Of a stretch of 33,836 nucleotides of DNA, positions 19,616 to 29,054 are shown one piece after another. The position numbers and the translations under genes are program-made. Source of the DNA: Chloroflexia bacterium (GTDB lineage Bacteria > Chloroflexota > Chloroflexia > QHBQ01 > JAICKM01); contig DATGEF010000469.1 in NCBI GenBank assembly GCA_035310405.1, positions 1 to 33,836 of the forward strand. The letters run 5' to 3'. The stretch's first letter is position 1. Each line of letters begins with the position of its first letter. A model generated the notes under the pieces. It ran no database searches, had not been told where the DNA came from, and saw only the letters and a program-made list of their open reading frames with translations.

Positions 19616-22600
19616 CTACTTCACGGTGAAGGCGCCGCCGTCGCTGTGGCCGAAGACGTCCGGGTAGTAGAGGAGCTCGGCATGGGCGGGCAGCGCCAGG
19701 TAGACGCCCGGCGTGGTTGCCCGCGCATAGTACTCGTAGACGTAGGTGCCGGGGCTCATATAGGTGGCAAAGAGCACCGTGCGGTCGTCGCGCATCTCGA
19801 CGTTATCGAACGGTCCCCAACGATAATACCACTCGTCGTAGATGCCGTAGTGATTACCCTCGGCGTCGCCCTGCTGGAAGCCGGACGGGTTGGTCGGCCG
19901 CTCGGTGAACGAGGTGGTGTTGAGCGAGCCGTTGATCCCCTCCAGGCCGGCAGGCAGCGGATCGGTGACCAGCACATAGTACGAGGTCTCGGGGGCCACG
20001 ATCGTCAGGCGGACCTTGATCAGGTCGCCGGCCGCCGTCTCCTTGATCGGTTCGGCGCTCGCCGTCCCGCTGCTGCCGCCGGTCATCCGGTAATAGGTGC
20101 GGGTGATCGACAGGCCTTCGCTGCGCGCCTTGATGCCCTCCCCGGGCACATAGTAGCGCAGGCTGACCTGGTAGTACATCTTGCCCTTGGTGCCGTCGCG
20201 GGCCAGGGCCAGGTCGCCCAGCGTGTTCTGGGGCATGCCGGCCACCGGCAGCCGCAGGGTGGTCGTGCCGGTCAGGGTGGCGCGGTTGGCCACGCCCTCC
20301 CCGAGCAGCTTATCGAAGGCGCTCACCTGCCAGGTGTAGTCGGCCCCCAGCTCTTTGCTCTGGCGGATGTAGTGGGCCAGGCTGATCAGGCTAATGGCCG
20401 TCTCCTGGGTGCTGAGCCAATGGCCTTCCTTTTCGGCGGTCATCAGCCAGCGCACCGTTTTGGGCACCAGGGGATCGCTGGGGGCCAGGGTGACCAGCGC
20501 GTCGAGGGCCAGGGCGGTGGCGCGGGTGTCCGTGCCCATGCTCCAGTAGTCGGGCTGGCTTTCCTCCCAATGGGCGGTCGTGCTGCTCTGGCGGGCCGCG
20601 GCGGCCAGGCTGTCGAGGACCGTTTTGCTGTCGCTCTGCTGGCCGGCTTTGGCCAGGCCCAGCGCGAGCCAGGCGCGGGCATGGGTGCTGAGGCGCGCCA
20701 CCTGCGCGATCAGATCATGGGCCTCGGTTTGCAGCTGGCCGTCCGTATCATTGCCGCCGGTCGCGCCGAGCAACACATAGTAGCTGTAGGCGCGCATATT
20801 CAGGTGGTAAGTCTCGTCGATGCCCGGCGTCGCGTTTTCCTGCTGAAAGGCTTTCAGCCGATCCAGGCCGCGCGACAGCAGGTCGGGCGGCACGGCATAG
20901 CCGGCATCGCGGGCCGCGGTCAGGCCCTGCACGGTATAGGCCGTTTCCCACCAGTTGGATGGCCCGCGCTCCCACCAGGCCCAGCCGCCATCGGCCTGCT
21001 GGAGCGCGGTCAGCCGCGTGACCGCGCGATCGACCAGGCCCGGGAGCTCGGCGGCGTACGGGGTTTTGAGGCCTTGCTCCTCGTAGACTTGCTCCAGCAC
21101 GACCAGCGGTAAGAAGCGGCTGACCGTCTCATCCGTGCTTTCGTAGGGATATTCTTTCACATAGACGATGCTGTCGACCGTCGCCGCGGCGAGCGACGGC
21201 GAGACCTGGACGACCAGTTCGCCAAGCAGCGGGTTCAGACTGTAGGGCAGGAAGACCGACTCGTCGGCCCGCGTGCCGCTCACTTCGCCGCTGGTGGCGA
21301 CCGCCTCCGGGGCCGCGAACGGCTGCACGGGCAGGTGGGCGGCGACAGCGTCTTCCAGATAGCCGTTGTTGACGTCCAGGGTATGCACCCAGTAGCGCAG
21401 GTTGGCCACGTCACCCTTGCCGACCTGGACGCTCCAGGTCACGACGGCCTGCTCGCCGGCGCCGACGGTGATCGATTGGGCCGCCGGCGGCTGCGCGTCG
21501 AGGGTCAGCGCCCCGCTGACTTCGAGGCTGGCGACCACCTGCAGCGGGCCCGCTGTGTTATTGTGGATGATGGCCTGCGGGTGCGGGTTGTCGCCCGTGG
21601 TCAGGAAGCGGGGCTGGACCGGGCGCAGCAGCAACGGCTGGGTGACCGTGAGGGGCAGGGTCGCCATCCCGGCCCGGGTATCGGCGGTGATGCCCTGGGC
21701 GGTCAGCCGCCAGGTGGTCAGGTTGTCGGGCAGGGGCACGGGCACGGTGGCGCTGCCATCCGGCCCGGTGGTGATGGTCGCCTGCCAGAAAGCGGTGTCG
21801 CGGAAGTCCGTGCGGACTTTCTTGGGCGCCGCGGGCGCGGCGGGCGCCGCCAGGCTCGCGCTGGCGGCTTTATCGGCCGTGGGGGCGGGTATCGCGCCCG
21901 GCTCCACCATGCCGCCCCCCGCGTACCCCGCCGGGCGGCCTTCCTGCTGCCCGGAGCTGAAGCTGGTTGAGGTGGCGACGCCCAGGCCGCGCTCGCTCCA
22001 GAAGGTGCCGAACAGGTCGGCACTGTTGTCGCCGGCCAGGGCGAAGATGGCCTCGTCGACGACGGCCAGGGAGAGTTCGCCCGGCGCCGGGTTGCCCGCG
22101 CTGTCCCGCGTGTGCAGGGTCATCGTCGCCGTGCTGCCCGGCGCGAACGGCCCGGGGCCGACGGGCTCCAGCGTCACGTGCAGCTGCTCCCCGGAGGTGT
22201 CGACCGGCAGGTTGACATAACCCTGCCGTAGCGTGACCTGGTTGGTCCAGTCGACGGGCGCCCCCGGCACCGAGGTCTGAGGCCCCAGCAGGGTGAGGCC
22301 GACGTAGATATTGGGCAGGTCGCCGGCCTCCAGGGGCACGTCGATCGTCGGCGCGCCGCCCTGGAGCGTCAGCACGCGGTAGCGTTTCAGGTGGCCGCGC
22401 TCGACCGTCAGCAGCGCGGTGGCCTGCGGGAAGGGCGAGGTCACCAGGATGTGGGCGGTTTCGCCGATCTTGTATTTCGGCTTATCGGCGACCAGCTTGA
22501 CCTGCTGCTCGTTCTGGTAGCGCCAGGGCACGGTGCCCGGGTCGCTGCTGGCCACCCAGAGCTCAGTGCTGCTGTGGATGAGGTTGCCGCGCGCATCGGT

Positions 22601-25600
22601 GCTTTCGCCGATCACCCGGTATTCGCCGCCGGATGGCGCGGTGAAGAGATACGTCGCGCGGCCCTGGGCATCGGTCGTCACCGTCGCCTGGTCGACGGCC
22701 ACCTCGTTCAACTGCCAGTTGCCGCTGCCGGCGGGCGGGGGCGCCCACTCGCTGCGCACGAAGCGCAACTGCACCACCGCATTGGGCTGCAGATGGGTCG
22801 CATCGGCCGCCACGGTGCGCACGGTGATCGTCGTCGGCTGCTTGGCCGTGGCGATGTAGTCGCCCAGGTGGAGGCCGACGTAGTAGAGCCCCTGGTGGAC
22901 GACCACGCCGGTGCTGGCCGCGACCGCCTGGTTGCTCAGGTCCTGGACCTGGCCCTCGATCTGCAGCGATTTGCTGCCGACCGTGGTGGTCACATAACGG
23001 CTGACGTCCACGGTGAGCATGCCATCTTTGCCCGTCCGCGCCTGGAACGATTGGACGGGGGCCGGCTGCGGCGGCCGAAACGGGCTCATCCTTTCAGCCA
23101 CGTCGTCCACGAGCCAGGGATAGCCGCCCTCCCCGAAGGTATAGGACTCCCCGGTGTCGGGGTCGCTCCAGCCGAAGTAGTACGGGCTGCTCTCCAAGGT
23201 GACGGTGGTCGTGACATTGGCCAGCGGCCCGCCGAAGTAGTAGCTCGTGGCGATCGTGGCCGTGACCGGGTCGCCATGGACGACACTGCCCTGGCCGGCC
23301 GTGACGTTGACCTGGAAGTCCGGCTTACGATATTCCTCGACCTGGAAGCTGGCCGACGCGCTGCTGCCTTCGAGGGTATAGCTCCCGGTGGCGGCGTTGT
23401 CGGGCAAGGTGAACTGGCCGTTATAGGTGCCGACCGCCGAGAGCGTGGCGGTGCCGGTGTAGATGCGGGTCTGCCCTTCGCGCCCATAGGTGTAAGCGGA
23501 GAGATTGACCGTGCCGCCCGCGGCCGGCAGGGTATAGTGGGCGTCGTCGTCGAGCCGGGAGGCGCCGCGGTAGTAGACGACCTGGCCGGGCCGGTAGATC
23601 GGGCGGTCGGTGTAGAGCGCGCCATTGGTCTGGGCGCCGCCCATCCCGGCGGGCTCGATATTCGCATTCCAGCCGGTGAGCACCAGGCTGGTATCGTCCT
23701 GTTGCTCGCCCCAGATGGCGAGGCGGTCATAGCTGGTGCGGTCCAGCTTCAGGCGCAGCACCCCGTCGTCGCCGGTGTGCCCATGCTGGCTGCTTGCCAG
23801 GCCCCCGTTGTTCCAGAGCTCGACGCGCAACGGGTAGTTCGGTACCGGGTGCCCGCTGCCCAGGTCGGCGGCCCAGATCAGCAGGTCGCTGCCCTCGGTT
23901 TTGCTGACCAACCCGGTGCGGCCCACGAGCAAGATAGCCCATCCTTCGAGGGGCTCGGGGCTGTACGGCGTCTGGGCGGTGGCGCGCACGAAGTAGTAGC
24001 CGGGGGGGAGGCGATCGGCCGCGCCGTTGAGGCCCAGCGTCGGATAGAGCGTCGCCGGCCCCTGGCTGCTCGCCGGCACCGGCACATCCCACTCCCGTTT
24101 TAGCTGGCCCGGGTAGCTGGGGGTCGGGTTGGACTGGGGAAAGTAGAGCTGATTGTTCTGGAGGATGCCCCGCAGCTCGCCCTCGTCGATCTGATAGAGA
24201 TGGAGGGTCAACGTGCTGAGATTCGCCGTCTCCAGCTGCACGCGGGACGGGCGATCGGCGTAGACCGGCTGGAAGCTGCCCCCCTTGAGGTCCAGACTGG
24301 GCGGCAGCGGGCCGATCTTGACCTGCCAGGTGGCCGGGGCCACCGGGAAGCCCCACTTGTCGCGCAGGCCCGCCTGGAGCGCAAAATTGTAGGTCGTGTT
24401 GGGCAGCAGCTGCACGGCCTCCGTATAGGCGCTGGTCCCGGAGAAGGTCAGTTGGTTATGGTAGCCTTGCGGCGCCGGGTCGACGGTGAAGTACTGGGCG
24501 ATATCCTGGCCTGAGGCCAGGGGGTTGTTGAATGAAAAGCCAAAGCTGGTGCTGGGCGGGACCGGCTGATCGCCCGAGTTCTCGGGGCTATGGGCTTGGA
24601 CCTGGGTGGGCGTGGTGGTCGTGAACGTCCAGGAGTTATCGTGGGCCGCCAGCTGCACAGCGTTGCCGGTGGCCGGCTTGACCGTGCCCGCCACGAGGAC
24701 ATCGTAGGTCTGGCTGAATTCGAGCAGGCTGCCCGGGGTAAAGGTCAGCACCGTGCTGTCGGGCGACCAGGCATAGTTGCCGGGTAAGGCGGCACTGCGG
24801 TCGTGGACGTGGGATGTGAAGGCCTGCTGGACGGAATCGTGGTCCATCGGCTGATTGAAGCGCACGACGATCGCCGTGTCGAGCGGGACCAGGCTGGTGC
24901 CATTATCCGGCTCGACGCTCAAGATGGCCGGCTTGATCGTCGTGAAGCGGAACGTGGTCCCCTGGCGGAGCCCGATGCCGGTCGCGTCGGGCCAGCCGGC
25001 GTTGGCGGTCACGGCATACTCGGTGGCCGGCAGGAAGCCCGTCGCGGCGTGGAAGCCGGCCGCGGCTGTGCCGAGCCAGACCCAGCGCCCGGCCACGGCC
25101 GGCTGGATCGACACCCACTGGCCGGCGTCCGGCTGATGATCGAGGGCCGTCAGCGGGATCATCGGCCGGTTGAAGCTGATCGTGATAATCGTGTCGGTTG
25201 GAACCTCGGCGGCGCCGGCACTCGGCAGGGTGCGCAGGATCGCCGGCGGCGCGGCCGTCTTGAACTGCACGGCCAGGGGCGCGGCCAGGCCTTGCCCGCC
25301 CTGCGTTTTCGCGCCGCTGCCGACGGTGACGCTATAGGTCGTGCTGGGGGCGAGGGGCGCGTGTGGGGTGAAGACGAGGGTGTTGGTCTGCCAGGTGAAA
25401 TCGCCGGGCGCCGCCGGCTGGAGCACAAACGCCGTCTGGGCGGAGGGATGGTCCATGGCCTCGGAGAAGGTCACGGCGATCGGGGCGAGCCCGGCGATAT
25501 CGCCCGCCCGCATCCCGACCCCGGCGGTGATGCCGAGCACATGCGGCCCGTGGATCACCTGGCGCGGCTCGGGCGTGAAAGTGGCCGCGCCCGCCAGCGG

Positions 25601-25864
25601 TGTCGCGGTACTCGCATCCGGCGGCGGCGGGGCCGGCGGCGTGGTCGTCGGCGGCGGGACGGTGGGAGGTGCCGCCGTCGGCCCCGCGATGGTGGCCGTG
25701 GGGGTCCCGGGCGGCGGTCCGGACTGCCCGCCGGATGCGGTCAAGGCGCTGATGCCCAGCACCAGGACGGCGACGAGCCCGGCGACCAGGATCAGGCCGG
25801 TCCACGGGGGGCTGGATCGCCGGGGGGGCGATCCCGCGGGCGTGGCGGTCGTGTCTTCACTCAT
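19616..25864 (-). CDS. Bacterial alpha-2-macroglobulin family protein (2082 aa), membrane-anchored, with N-terminal SbsA-type Ig-like domains; thioester motif absent
   Basis: The N-terminal TM segment is WTGLILVAGLVAVLVLGISAL, followed by a Pro-rich spacer. Repeated units of the form (F/I)(S/N)xxM...(A/S)F follow, for example VTFSEAMDHPSAQTAF, ISFNRPMIPLTAL and VRFNQPMDHDSVQQAF. A long macroglobulin-domain body comes next, then the A2M thioester-domain region EYPYESTDETVSRFLP (nt 21119-21154) and a terpenoid-cyclase-like alpha/alpha region (QQADGGWAWWE...). I chose the ATG at 25864, 7 nt after a GGGGAGG SD; the track begins one codon earlier at a TTG. Confidence 0.88.
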   Translation of the reverse strand: MSEDTTATPAGSPPRRSSPPWTGLILVAGLVAVLVLGISALTASGGQSGPPPGTPTATIAGPTAAPPTVPPPTTTPPAPPPPDASTATPLAGAATFTPEPRQVIHGPHVLGITAGVGMRAGDIAGLAPIAVTFSEAMDHPSAQTAFVLQPAAPGDFTWQTNTLVFTPHAPLAPSTTYSVTVGSGAKTQGGQGLAAPLAVQFKTAAPPAILRTLPSAGAAEVPTDTIITISFNRPMIPLTALDHQPDAGQWVSIQPAVAGRWVWLGTAAAGFHAATGFLPATEYAVTANAGWPDATGIGLRQGTTFRFTTIKPAILSVEPDNGTSLVPLDTAIVVRFNQPMDHDSVQQAFTSHVHDRSAALPGNYAWSPDSTVLTFTPGSLLEFSQTYDVLVAGTVKPATGNAVQLAAHDNSWTFTTTTPTQVQAHSPENSGDQPVPPSTSFGFSFNNPLASGQDIAQYFTVDPAPQGYHNQLTFSGTSAYTEAVQLLPNTTYNFALQAGLRDKWGFPVAPATWQVKIGPLPPSLDLKGGSFQPVYADRPSRVQLETANLSTLTLHLYQIDEGELRGILQNNQLYFPQSNPTPSYPGQLKREWDVPVPASSQGPATLYPTLGLNGAADRLPPGYYFVRATAQTPYSPEPLEGWAILLVGRTGLVSKTEGSDLLIWAADLGSGHPVPNYPLRVELWNNGGLASSQHGHTGDDGVLRLKLDRTSYDRLAIWGEQQDDTSLVLTGWNANIEPAGMGGAQTNGALYTDRPIYRPGQVVYYRGASRLDDDAHYTLPAAGGTVNLSAYTYGREGQTRIYTGTATLSAVGTYNGQFTLPDNAATGSYTLEGSSASASFQVEEYRKPDFQVNVTAGQGSVVHGDPVTATIATSYYFGGPLANVTTTVTLESSPYYFGWSDPDTGESYTFGEGGYPWLVDDVAERMSPFRPPQPAPVQSFQARTGKDGMLTVDVSRYVTTTVGSKSLQIEGQVQDLSNQAVAASTGVVVHQGLYYVGLHLGDYIATAKQPTTITVRTVAADATHLQPNAVVQLRFVRSEWAPPPAGSGNWQLNEVAVDQATVTTDAQGRATYLFTAPSGGEYRVIGESTDARGNLIHSSTELWVASSDPGTVPWRYQNEQQVKLVADKPKYKIGETAHILVTSPFPQATALLTVERGHLKRYRVLTLQGGAPTIDVPLEAGDLPNIYVGLTLLGPQTSVPGAPVDWTNQVTLRQGYVNLPVDTSGEQLHVTLEPVGPGPFAPGSTATMTLHTRDSAGNPAPGELSLAVVDEAIFALAGDNSADLFGTFWSERGLGVATSTSFSSGQQEGRPAGYAGGGMVEPGAIPAPTADKAASASLAAPAAPAAPKKVRTDFRDTAFWQATITTGPDGSATVPVPLPDNLTTWRLTAQGITADTRAGMATLPLTVTQPLLLRPVQPRFLTTGDNPHPQAIIHNNTAGPLQVVASLEVSGALTLDAQPPAAQSITVGAGEQAVVTWSVQVGKGDVANLRYWVHTLDVNNGYLEDAVAAHLPVQPFAAPEAVATSGEVSGTRADESVFLPYSLNPLLGELVVQVSPSLAAATVDSIVYVKEYPYESTDETVSRFLPLVVLEQVYEEQGLKTPYAAELPGLVDRAVTRLTALQQADGGWAWWERGPSNWWETAYTVQGLTAARDAGYAVPPDLLSRGLDRLKAFQQENATPGIDETYHLNMRAYSYYVLLGATGGNDTDGQLQTEAHDLIAQVARLSTHARAWLALGLAKAGQQSDSKTVLDSLAAAARQSSTTAHWEESQPDYWSMGTDTRATALALDALVTLAPSDPLVPKTVRWLMTAEKEGHWLSTQETAISLISLAHYIRQSKELGADYTWQVSAFDKLLGEGVANRATLTGTTTLRLPVAGMPQNTLGDLALARDGTKGKMYYQVSLRYYVPGEGIKARSEGLSITRTYYRMTGGSSGTASAEPIKETAAGDLIKVRLTIVAPETSYYVLVTDPLPAGLEGINGSLNTTSFTERPTNPSGFQQGDAEGNHYGIYDEWYYRWGPFDNVEMRDDRTVLFATYMSPGTYVYEYYARATTPGVYLALPAHAELLYYPDVFGHSDGGAFTVK

Positions 25865-25979
25865 CAAATAACCTCCCCAGATCAGATTCAGATTCGGTAG
25901 TCCTCGATATAGAGATGCCGAACCCCGCTATAAAGTTCCCGGCCGATTTTCAGGGTGGGGACGCCTGCGAGGGTGTGGA

Positions 25980-26960
25980 TCATTCGCCGCGGCGGCGATA
26001 CGGGACCTGCAGGAGCCCGGCCGCTTTGCGCTTGGCGGCTTCGGGCCGGCGATCGTAGCGGGCCGTGGTCTGGACATTGGCATGGCCGGCGAGCTTGGCC
26101 ACGGTGGCGATATCGGCGCCGGCATCCAGCAGATCGCTGACAAAGGTGCGGCGCATGTCGTGCGGCGAGAAGTGGGTCAGGCCGGCCTGCTTGCCGCGCT
26201 TATTCAGGATGTTATAGACGGCCTGGGCGGTGAGGTGGCGGGGCAAGCACTTGCCGGTTTTGGTGATCGGCCAGAACAGCGCCCCCGCGCCGTCCCCGCG
26301 GATGGCCAGCCAGTCGGCGAGGGCGCCGGCGGCGCCGCCGAGCACATACACCGCGCGTTCTTTGCCCCCTTTGCCGCGGACCACCAGGCGATCGGTGGCC
26401 GGATCATAGTCGGCGTAGGCCAGGCCGGCGGCTTCCTCGCGCCGCAGGCCCGCGGTGTAGAGCAAGCTGATCAGCGCGGCGTCGCGGGCGCCGGCGGGGG
26501 TCTTGTCGGCGGCACAGATGCGGAGTAAGGCATCCAGCTCGGCCGACTCCAGTTCGCGCCCGGCGGGCAGCGTCGTGCCTTTGACGACCGGCAGATCGGC
26601 GGCCCGGGCGTATTCTTCGGCGCTCATCTGCTCCAGGCGCCAGGCCATCTTCAGGGTGCCGCGCAGGGCAGACAGCATTTTATTGGCCGTCGCCGGCTTA
26701 TAGGCGTCCGCGACCAGGGCGCGGATGGCCATGGTATGCTGAAAGCGCAACGCCCCCCAGGGACAGGTCAGCGCGATCGCCTTGCCGTCGGTCAGCAGCC
26801 CAGCGATCACGTTCAGGGCCTGGTGCATCGTGCGGCGGCCGCTCGGCTTCAAGTGCGCCAGGTAGACCGCCGCCGGGTTCTGGTCCTGGGCCGGGTAGAC
26901 GCGCGGCGCCAAAGCCGCGTCGGAGCGGGTAGTCGTCAGCGCCACAGCGGGATCGGGCAT
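25980..26960 (-). CDS. Tyrosine site-specific recombinase (phage integrase/Xer family), 326 aa
   Basis: The catalytic-domain motifs are ARDAALISLLYTAGLRREE (Arg I), HFSPHDMRRTFVS (H-x-x-R) and LAGHANVQTTARYDRR (His, Tyr nucleophile). I placed the start at MPDPAVALTT (ATG 26960, GGAG SD). The track's 518-aa version adds an implausible Arg/Ser/Thr-rich extension that runs across the divergent promoter region. Confidence 0.88.
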   Translation of the reverse strand: MPDPAVALTTTRSDAALAPRVYPAQDQNPAAVYLAHLKPSGRRTMHQALNVIAGLLTDGKAIALTCPWGALRFQHTMAIRALVADAYKPATANKMLSALRGTLKMAWRLEQMSAEEYARAADLPVVKGTTLPAGRELESAELDALLRICAADKTPAGARDAALISLLYTAGLRREEAAGLAYADYDPATDRLVVRGKGGKERAVYVLGGAAGALADWLAIRGDGAGALFWPITKTGKCLPRHLTAQAVYNILNKRGKQAGLTHFSPHDMRRTFVSDLLDAGADIATVAKLAGHANVQTTARYDRRPEAAKRKAAGLLQVPYRRRGE

Positions 26961-27021
26961 CGTGGGGCTCCAATCGGTGCGGGATGCACGGCCATCCCGG
27001 TAAACACGATTCTCATAATTT

Positions 27022-27030
27022 ATTGTAGCA
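27022..27030 (-). promoter_or_regulatory. Putative extended -10 element (TGCTACAAT) upstream of the recombinase gene
   Basis: The minus strand reads GTGCTACAATAA, 62 nt upstream of the ATG at 26960, in a locally AT-rich stretch. Confidence 0.45.
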
Positions 27031-27088
27031 CACACGGGGCGGCACCGCAATTGCCGCCGCGCCGCTTTCACTCTGCGGGGCGATCCTC

Positions 27089-27094
27089 TATAAT
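27089..27094 (+). promoter_or_regulatory. Putative -10 box (TATAAT) for the SpoIIE-family phosphatase gene
   Basis: A perfect TATAAT lies 21 nt upstream of the GTG at 27115 and 39 nt upstream of the ATG at 27133. The -35 match is weak. Confidence 0.4.
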
Positions 27095-27114
27095 TGGCCG
27101 GTGGTGCGAGGTAA

Positions 27115-28506
27115 GTGAGGGCGCGAGGACGTATGCGGGAATGGTTGTCGCGGTGCCCCGTGACCGACGCCGAACAGGTTCGGAAGTGGCGCGTGCTCAA
27201 CGTGCTGCTCTTGAGTTTTGCCGGCGTGCTGGTCGTCAACGGGACGTTCAGCTTTCTGTTCAATACCCTGCAGCAAGGGCTGACGAATCTGGTCACCCTG
27301 GGGCTGATCGCCGGGCTATACCTGGTCAACCACCGCGGCCAGGTCACGGTGGCGACCTGGGGACTCGTGGCCAGCGCGATGGCCTTCGTCCTGGCGAGCG
27401 CGATCGACCCCGGCCAGGGGCTGATGAGCGCCGTGATCAGCCCGACCGCCTTCGTGGTGCCCATCGCGGTGGCCGGGGTGTTGATCTCCTGGCGGGTGGT
27501 GCCGGCCATCACGCTGTTGGCCAGCGGAGTGACCATCTGGCTTTACCTGGATGGCTTGCCGCAGCTGGCCGGCTACCGGGGGCCTCATTACGACGATATC
27601 CTGGCCATGGTCTTCGGCCTGGTGCTGGTTTTCGTCGCCACCGCGGCCGCGTCCTGGCTCTCCAGCCGGCTGATCTTCGAGGCGCTGGGGGATCTGCGGG
27701 CGCGCAACGTCGAGCTCGTGCTGGCGAATCGGGCGCTGGCGGAGCAGGAGCGATTCCGCAGTGAGCTGGAAATCGCGCGCACGATCCAGCGGGACCTGTT
27801 GCCCGCGCACCTGCCGATCTTGCCCGGCCTGGAGCTGGCGGCGGAGTGCCGGCCGGCGCTGGAGACCAGCGGCGATAGTTATGACGTGCTCGTCGGCGAC
27901 GACGGCATCCTCCACCTGGTCGTCTCCGATGCCTGTGGCAAGAGCGTGCCTGCCGCCCTGTTGATCGCCCTCAGCCGCAACAGTCTGCGCGCCGCGCTGC
28001 TACGCACCGGCTCGCCCGCCGCGGCGCTGACCGAGACGAACCGCGCCCTGACCCCCGATCTGCGCCGCCACCAGTTTGTGGCTATCAGCTGCCTGGCACT
28101 CGATCCCCGCACCGGGCGGCTCCGGCTGGCCAATGCGGGGCAGGTCTATCCCGCGCTGGCGCGGCCCGGCTCGCTGGGCGCGCCGGCCACCTGCACCTTC
28201 CTGGAAACGACGGGTCCGCGCTTGCCGGCCGGCCTGCTGGCCGGCCTGGTCTACCAGGAAACGGTGCTGGCCCTGGAGCCCGGCGACTTGCTGGTCGCCT
28301 GTAGCGATGGGCTGATCGAGGCTCTGGCCGGGACGGGGGAGCCCTTCGGCTTCGAGCGGTTAGCGGCGCTGCTCGCGACGGCCGCGGCCGCCGGGGCCAG
28401 CGCGGCCGCGACGCTGGCGCAGGTGCTGGATGCCGTGAGCGCCTGGGCCGATCCGGCCCAACCGCAGGACGACATCACGGTGGTCGTCGTCCGCCGGCGG
28501 CCCTGA
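27115..28506 (+). CDS. Membrane-bound PP2C-type (SpoIIE/RsbU family) serine phosphatase
   Basis: The N-terminal half has several hydrophobic helices (VLNVLLLSFAGVLVVNG, LVTLGLIAGLYLV, AFVVPIAVAGVLISW, MVFGLVLVFVATAAASWL). The C-terminal half reads ELEIARTIQRDLLP...SGDSYDVLV...LHLVVSDACGKSVPAALL...ACSDGLIEA...QDDITVVVVRR, which is the SpoIIE domain signature. The start could be the GTG at 27115 or the ATG at 27133. Confidence 0.85.
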   Translation: MRARGRMREWLSRCPVTDAEQVRKWRVLNVLLLSFAGVLVVNGTFSFLFNTLQQGLTNLVTLGLIAGLYLVNHRGQVTVATWGLVASAMAFVLASAIDPGQGLMSAVISPTAFVVPIAVAGVLISWRVVPAITLLASGVTIWLYLDGLPQLAGYRGPHYDDILAMVFGLVLVFVATAAASWLSSRLIFEALGDLRARNVELVLANRALAEQERFRSELEIARTIQRDLLPAHLPILPGLELAAECRPALETSGDSYDVLVGDDGILHLVVSDACGKSVPAALLIALSRNSLRAALLRTGSPAAALTETNRALTPDLRRHQFVAISCLALDPRTGRLRLANAGQVYPALARPGSLGAPATCTFLETTGPRLPAGLLAGLVYQETVLALEPGDLLVACSDGLIEALAGTGEPFGFERLAALLATAAAAGASAAATLAQVLDAVSAWADPAQPQDDITVVVVRRRP

Positions 28507-28513
28507 TGCGGGG

Positions 28514-28951
28514 CTACGAGTTGGTCCCCGGGCCGGTCAGGCGCCGTAAGGTATGGTCCATCTCGGCCGTGGTCACGCGCGCCCGGACACGCGCGCCGAG
28601 ATGGCCGATACGCCGCTCCAGCTCCTGGCGCAAGTCCGGCTGATCGGCCAACTCGGCCGCAACCAGCGCCCGTAAGCCGGCTTCGATTCCCTCGCTCCCG
28701 TGGCGGATGTCGGCCAGCGGTATGCCCTGGGCGGCCAGCCCCTCCATCTCGGCTTGAGTCTCGGCCTGGTCGATGGCTCCCCGCCGTAAGGTCGCCAGCA
28801 CCACCTGCCCGACCCCCTCGGCCTGGGCCTGCTGCGCGGCGGGGGTCTGCGTGGCATAGTAGCCGCCGACCTGCTGCCAGGCGGCCAGCAGCACCGCCGG
28901 GATACGCGCCGCGTGGACGGTGAGGAAATGATCGACGGAGTTATAGTGCAT
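28514..28951 (-). CDS. Hypothetical protein (145 aa)
   Basis: I placed the start at MHYNSVDHFLTV (ATG 28951), preceded by a GGAAGGAG SD. The track's longer 193-aa form has a Pro/Arg-rich leader and no SD. I recognise no family. Confidence 0.55.
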   Translation of the reverse strand: MHYNSVDHFLTVHAARIPAVLLAAWQQVGGYYATQTPAAQQAQAEGVGQVVLATLRRGAIDQAETQAEMEGLAAQGIPLADIRHGSEGIEAGLRALVAAELADQPDLRQELERRIGHLGARVRARVTTAEMDHTLRRLTGPGTNS

Positions 28952-29054
28952 CGCCAAAAGGCTCCTTCCTGTGGTTGGATTCGTCGCTACAGAGCATACG
29001 CGAGGGCGGGCCCGCGGCTCGCCCTCAGCCCTCAGCACTTTGAACTCAGCACTG

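Noticed and set aside
19538-25900. Plus-strand ORFs 19538..21112 (524 aa), 21335..22220, 22391..24103 (570 aa) and 24803..25900 (365 aa)
   Set aside because: All are antisense to the single 6.2-kb alpha-2-macroglobulin reading frame. That frame is uninterrupted and has coherent domain content. The antisense translations are Gly/Arg/Ala-rich with no motifs.
26961-27536. N-terminal 192-aa extension of the recombinase ORF (track coordinates 25980..27536)
   Set aside because: The extension is Thr/Ser/Arg/Pro-rich. It runs through the AT-rich divergent promoter region and into the phosphatase gene on the other strand. A GGAG SD precedes the internal ATG at 26960, and from there the protein has normal integrase length and an N-terminal SAM-like domain.
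29001-29025. Hairpin GAGGGCG-(11 nt)-CGCCCTC downstream of the LOG gene as a terminator
   Set aside because: No U-tract follows on the minus strand. It also lies in the short spacer before the next co-directional gene, which has its own SD. It is more likely incidental, or an intra-operon structure.
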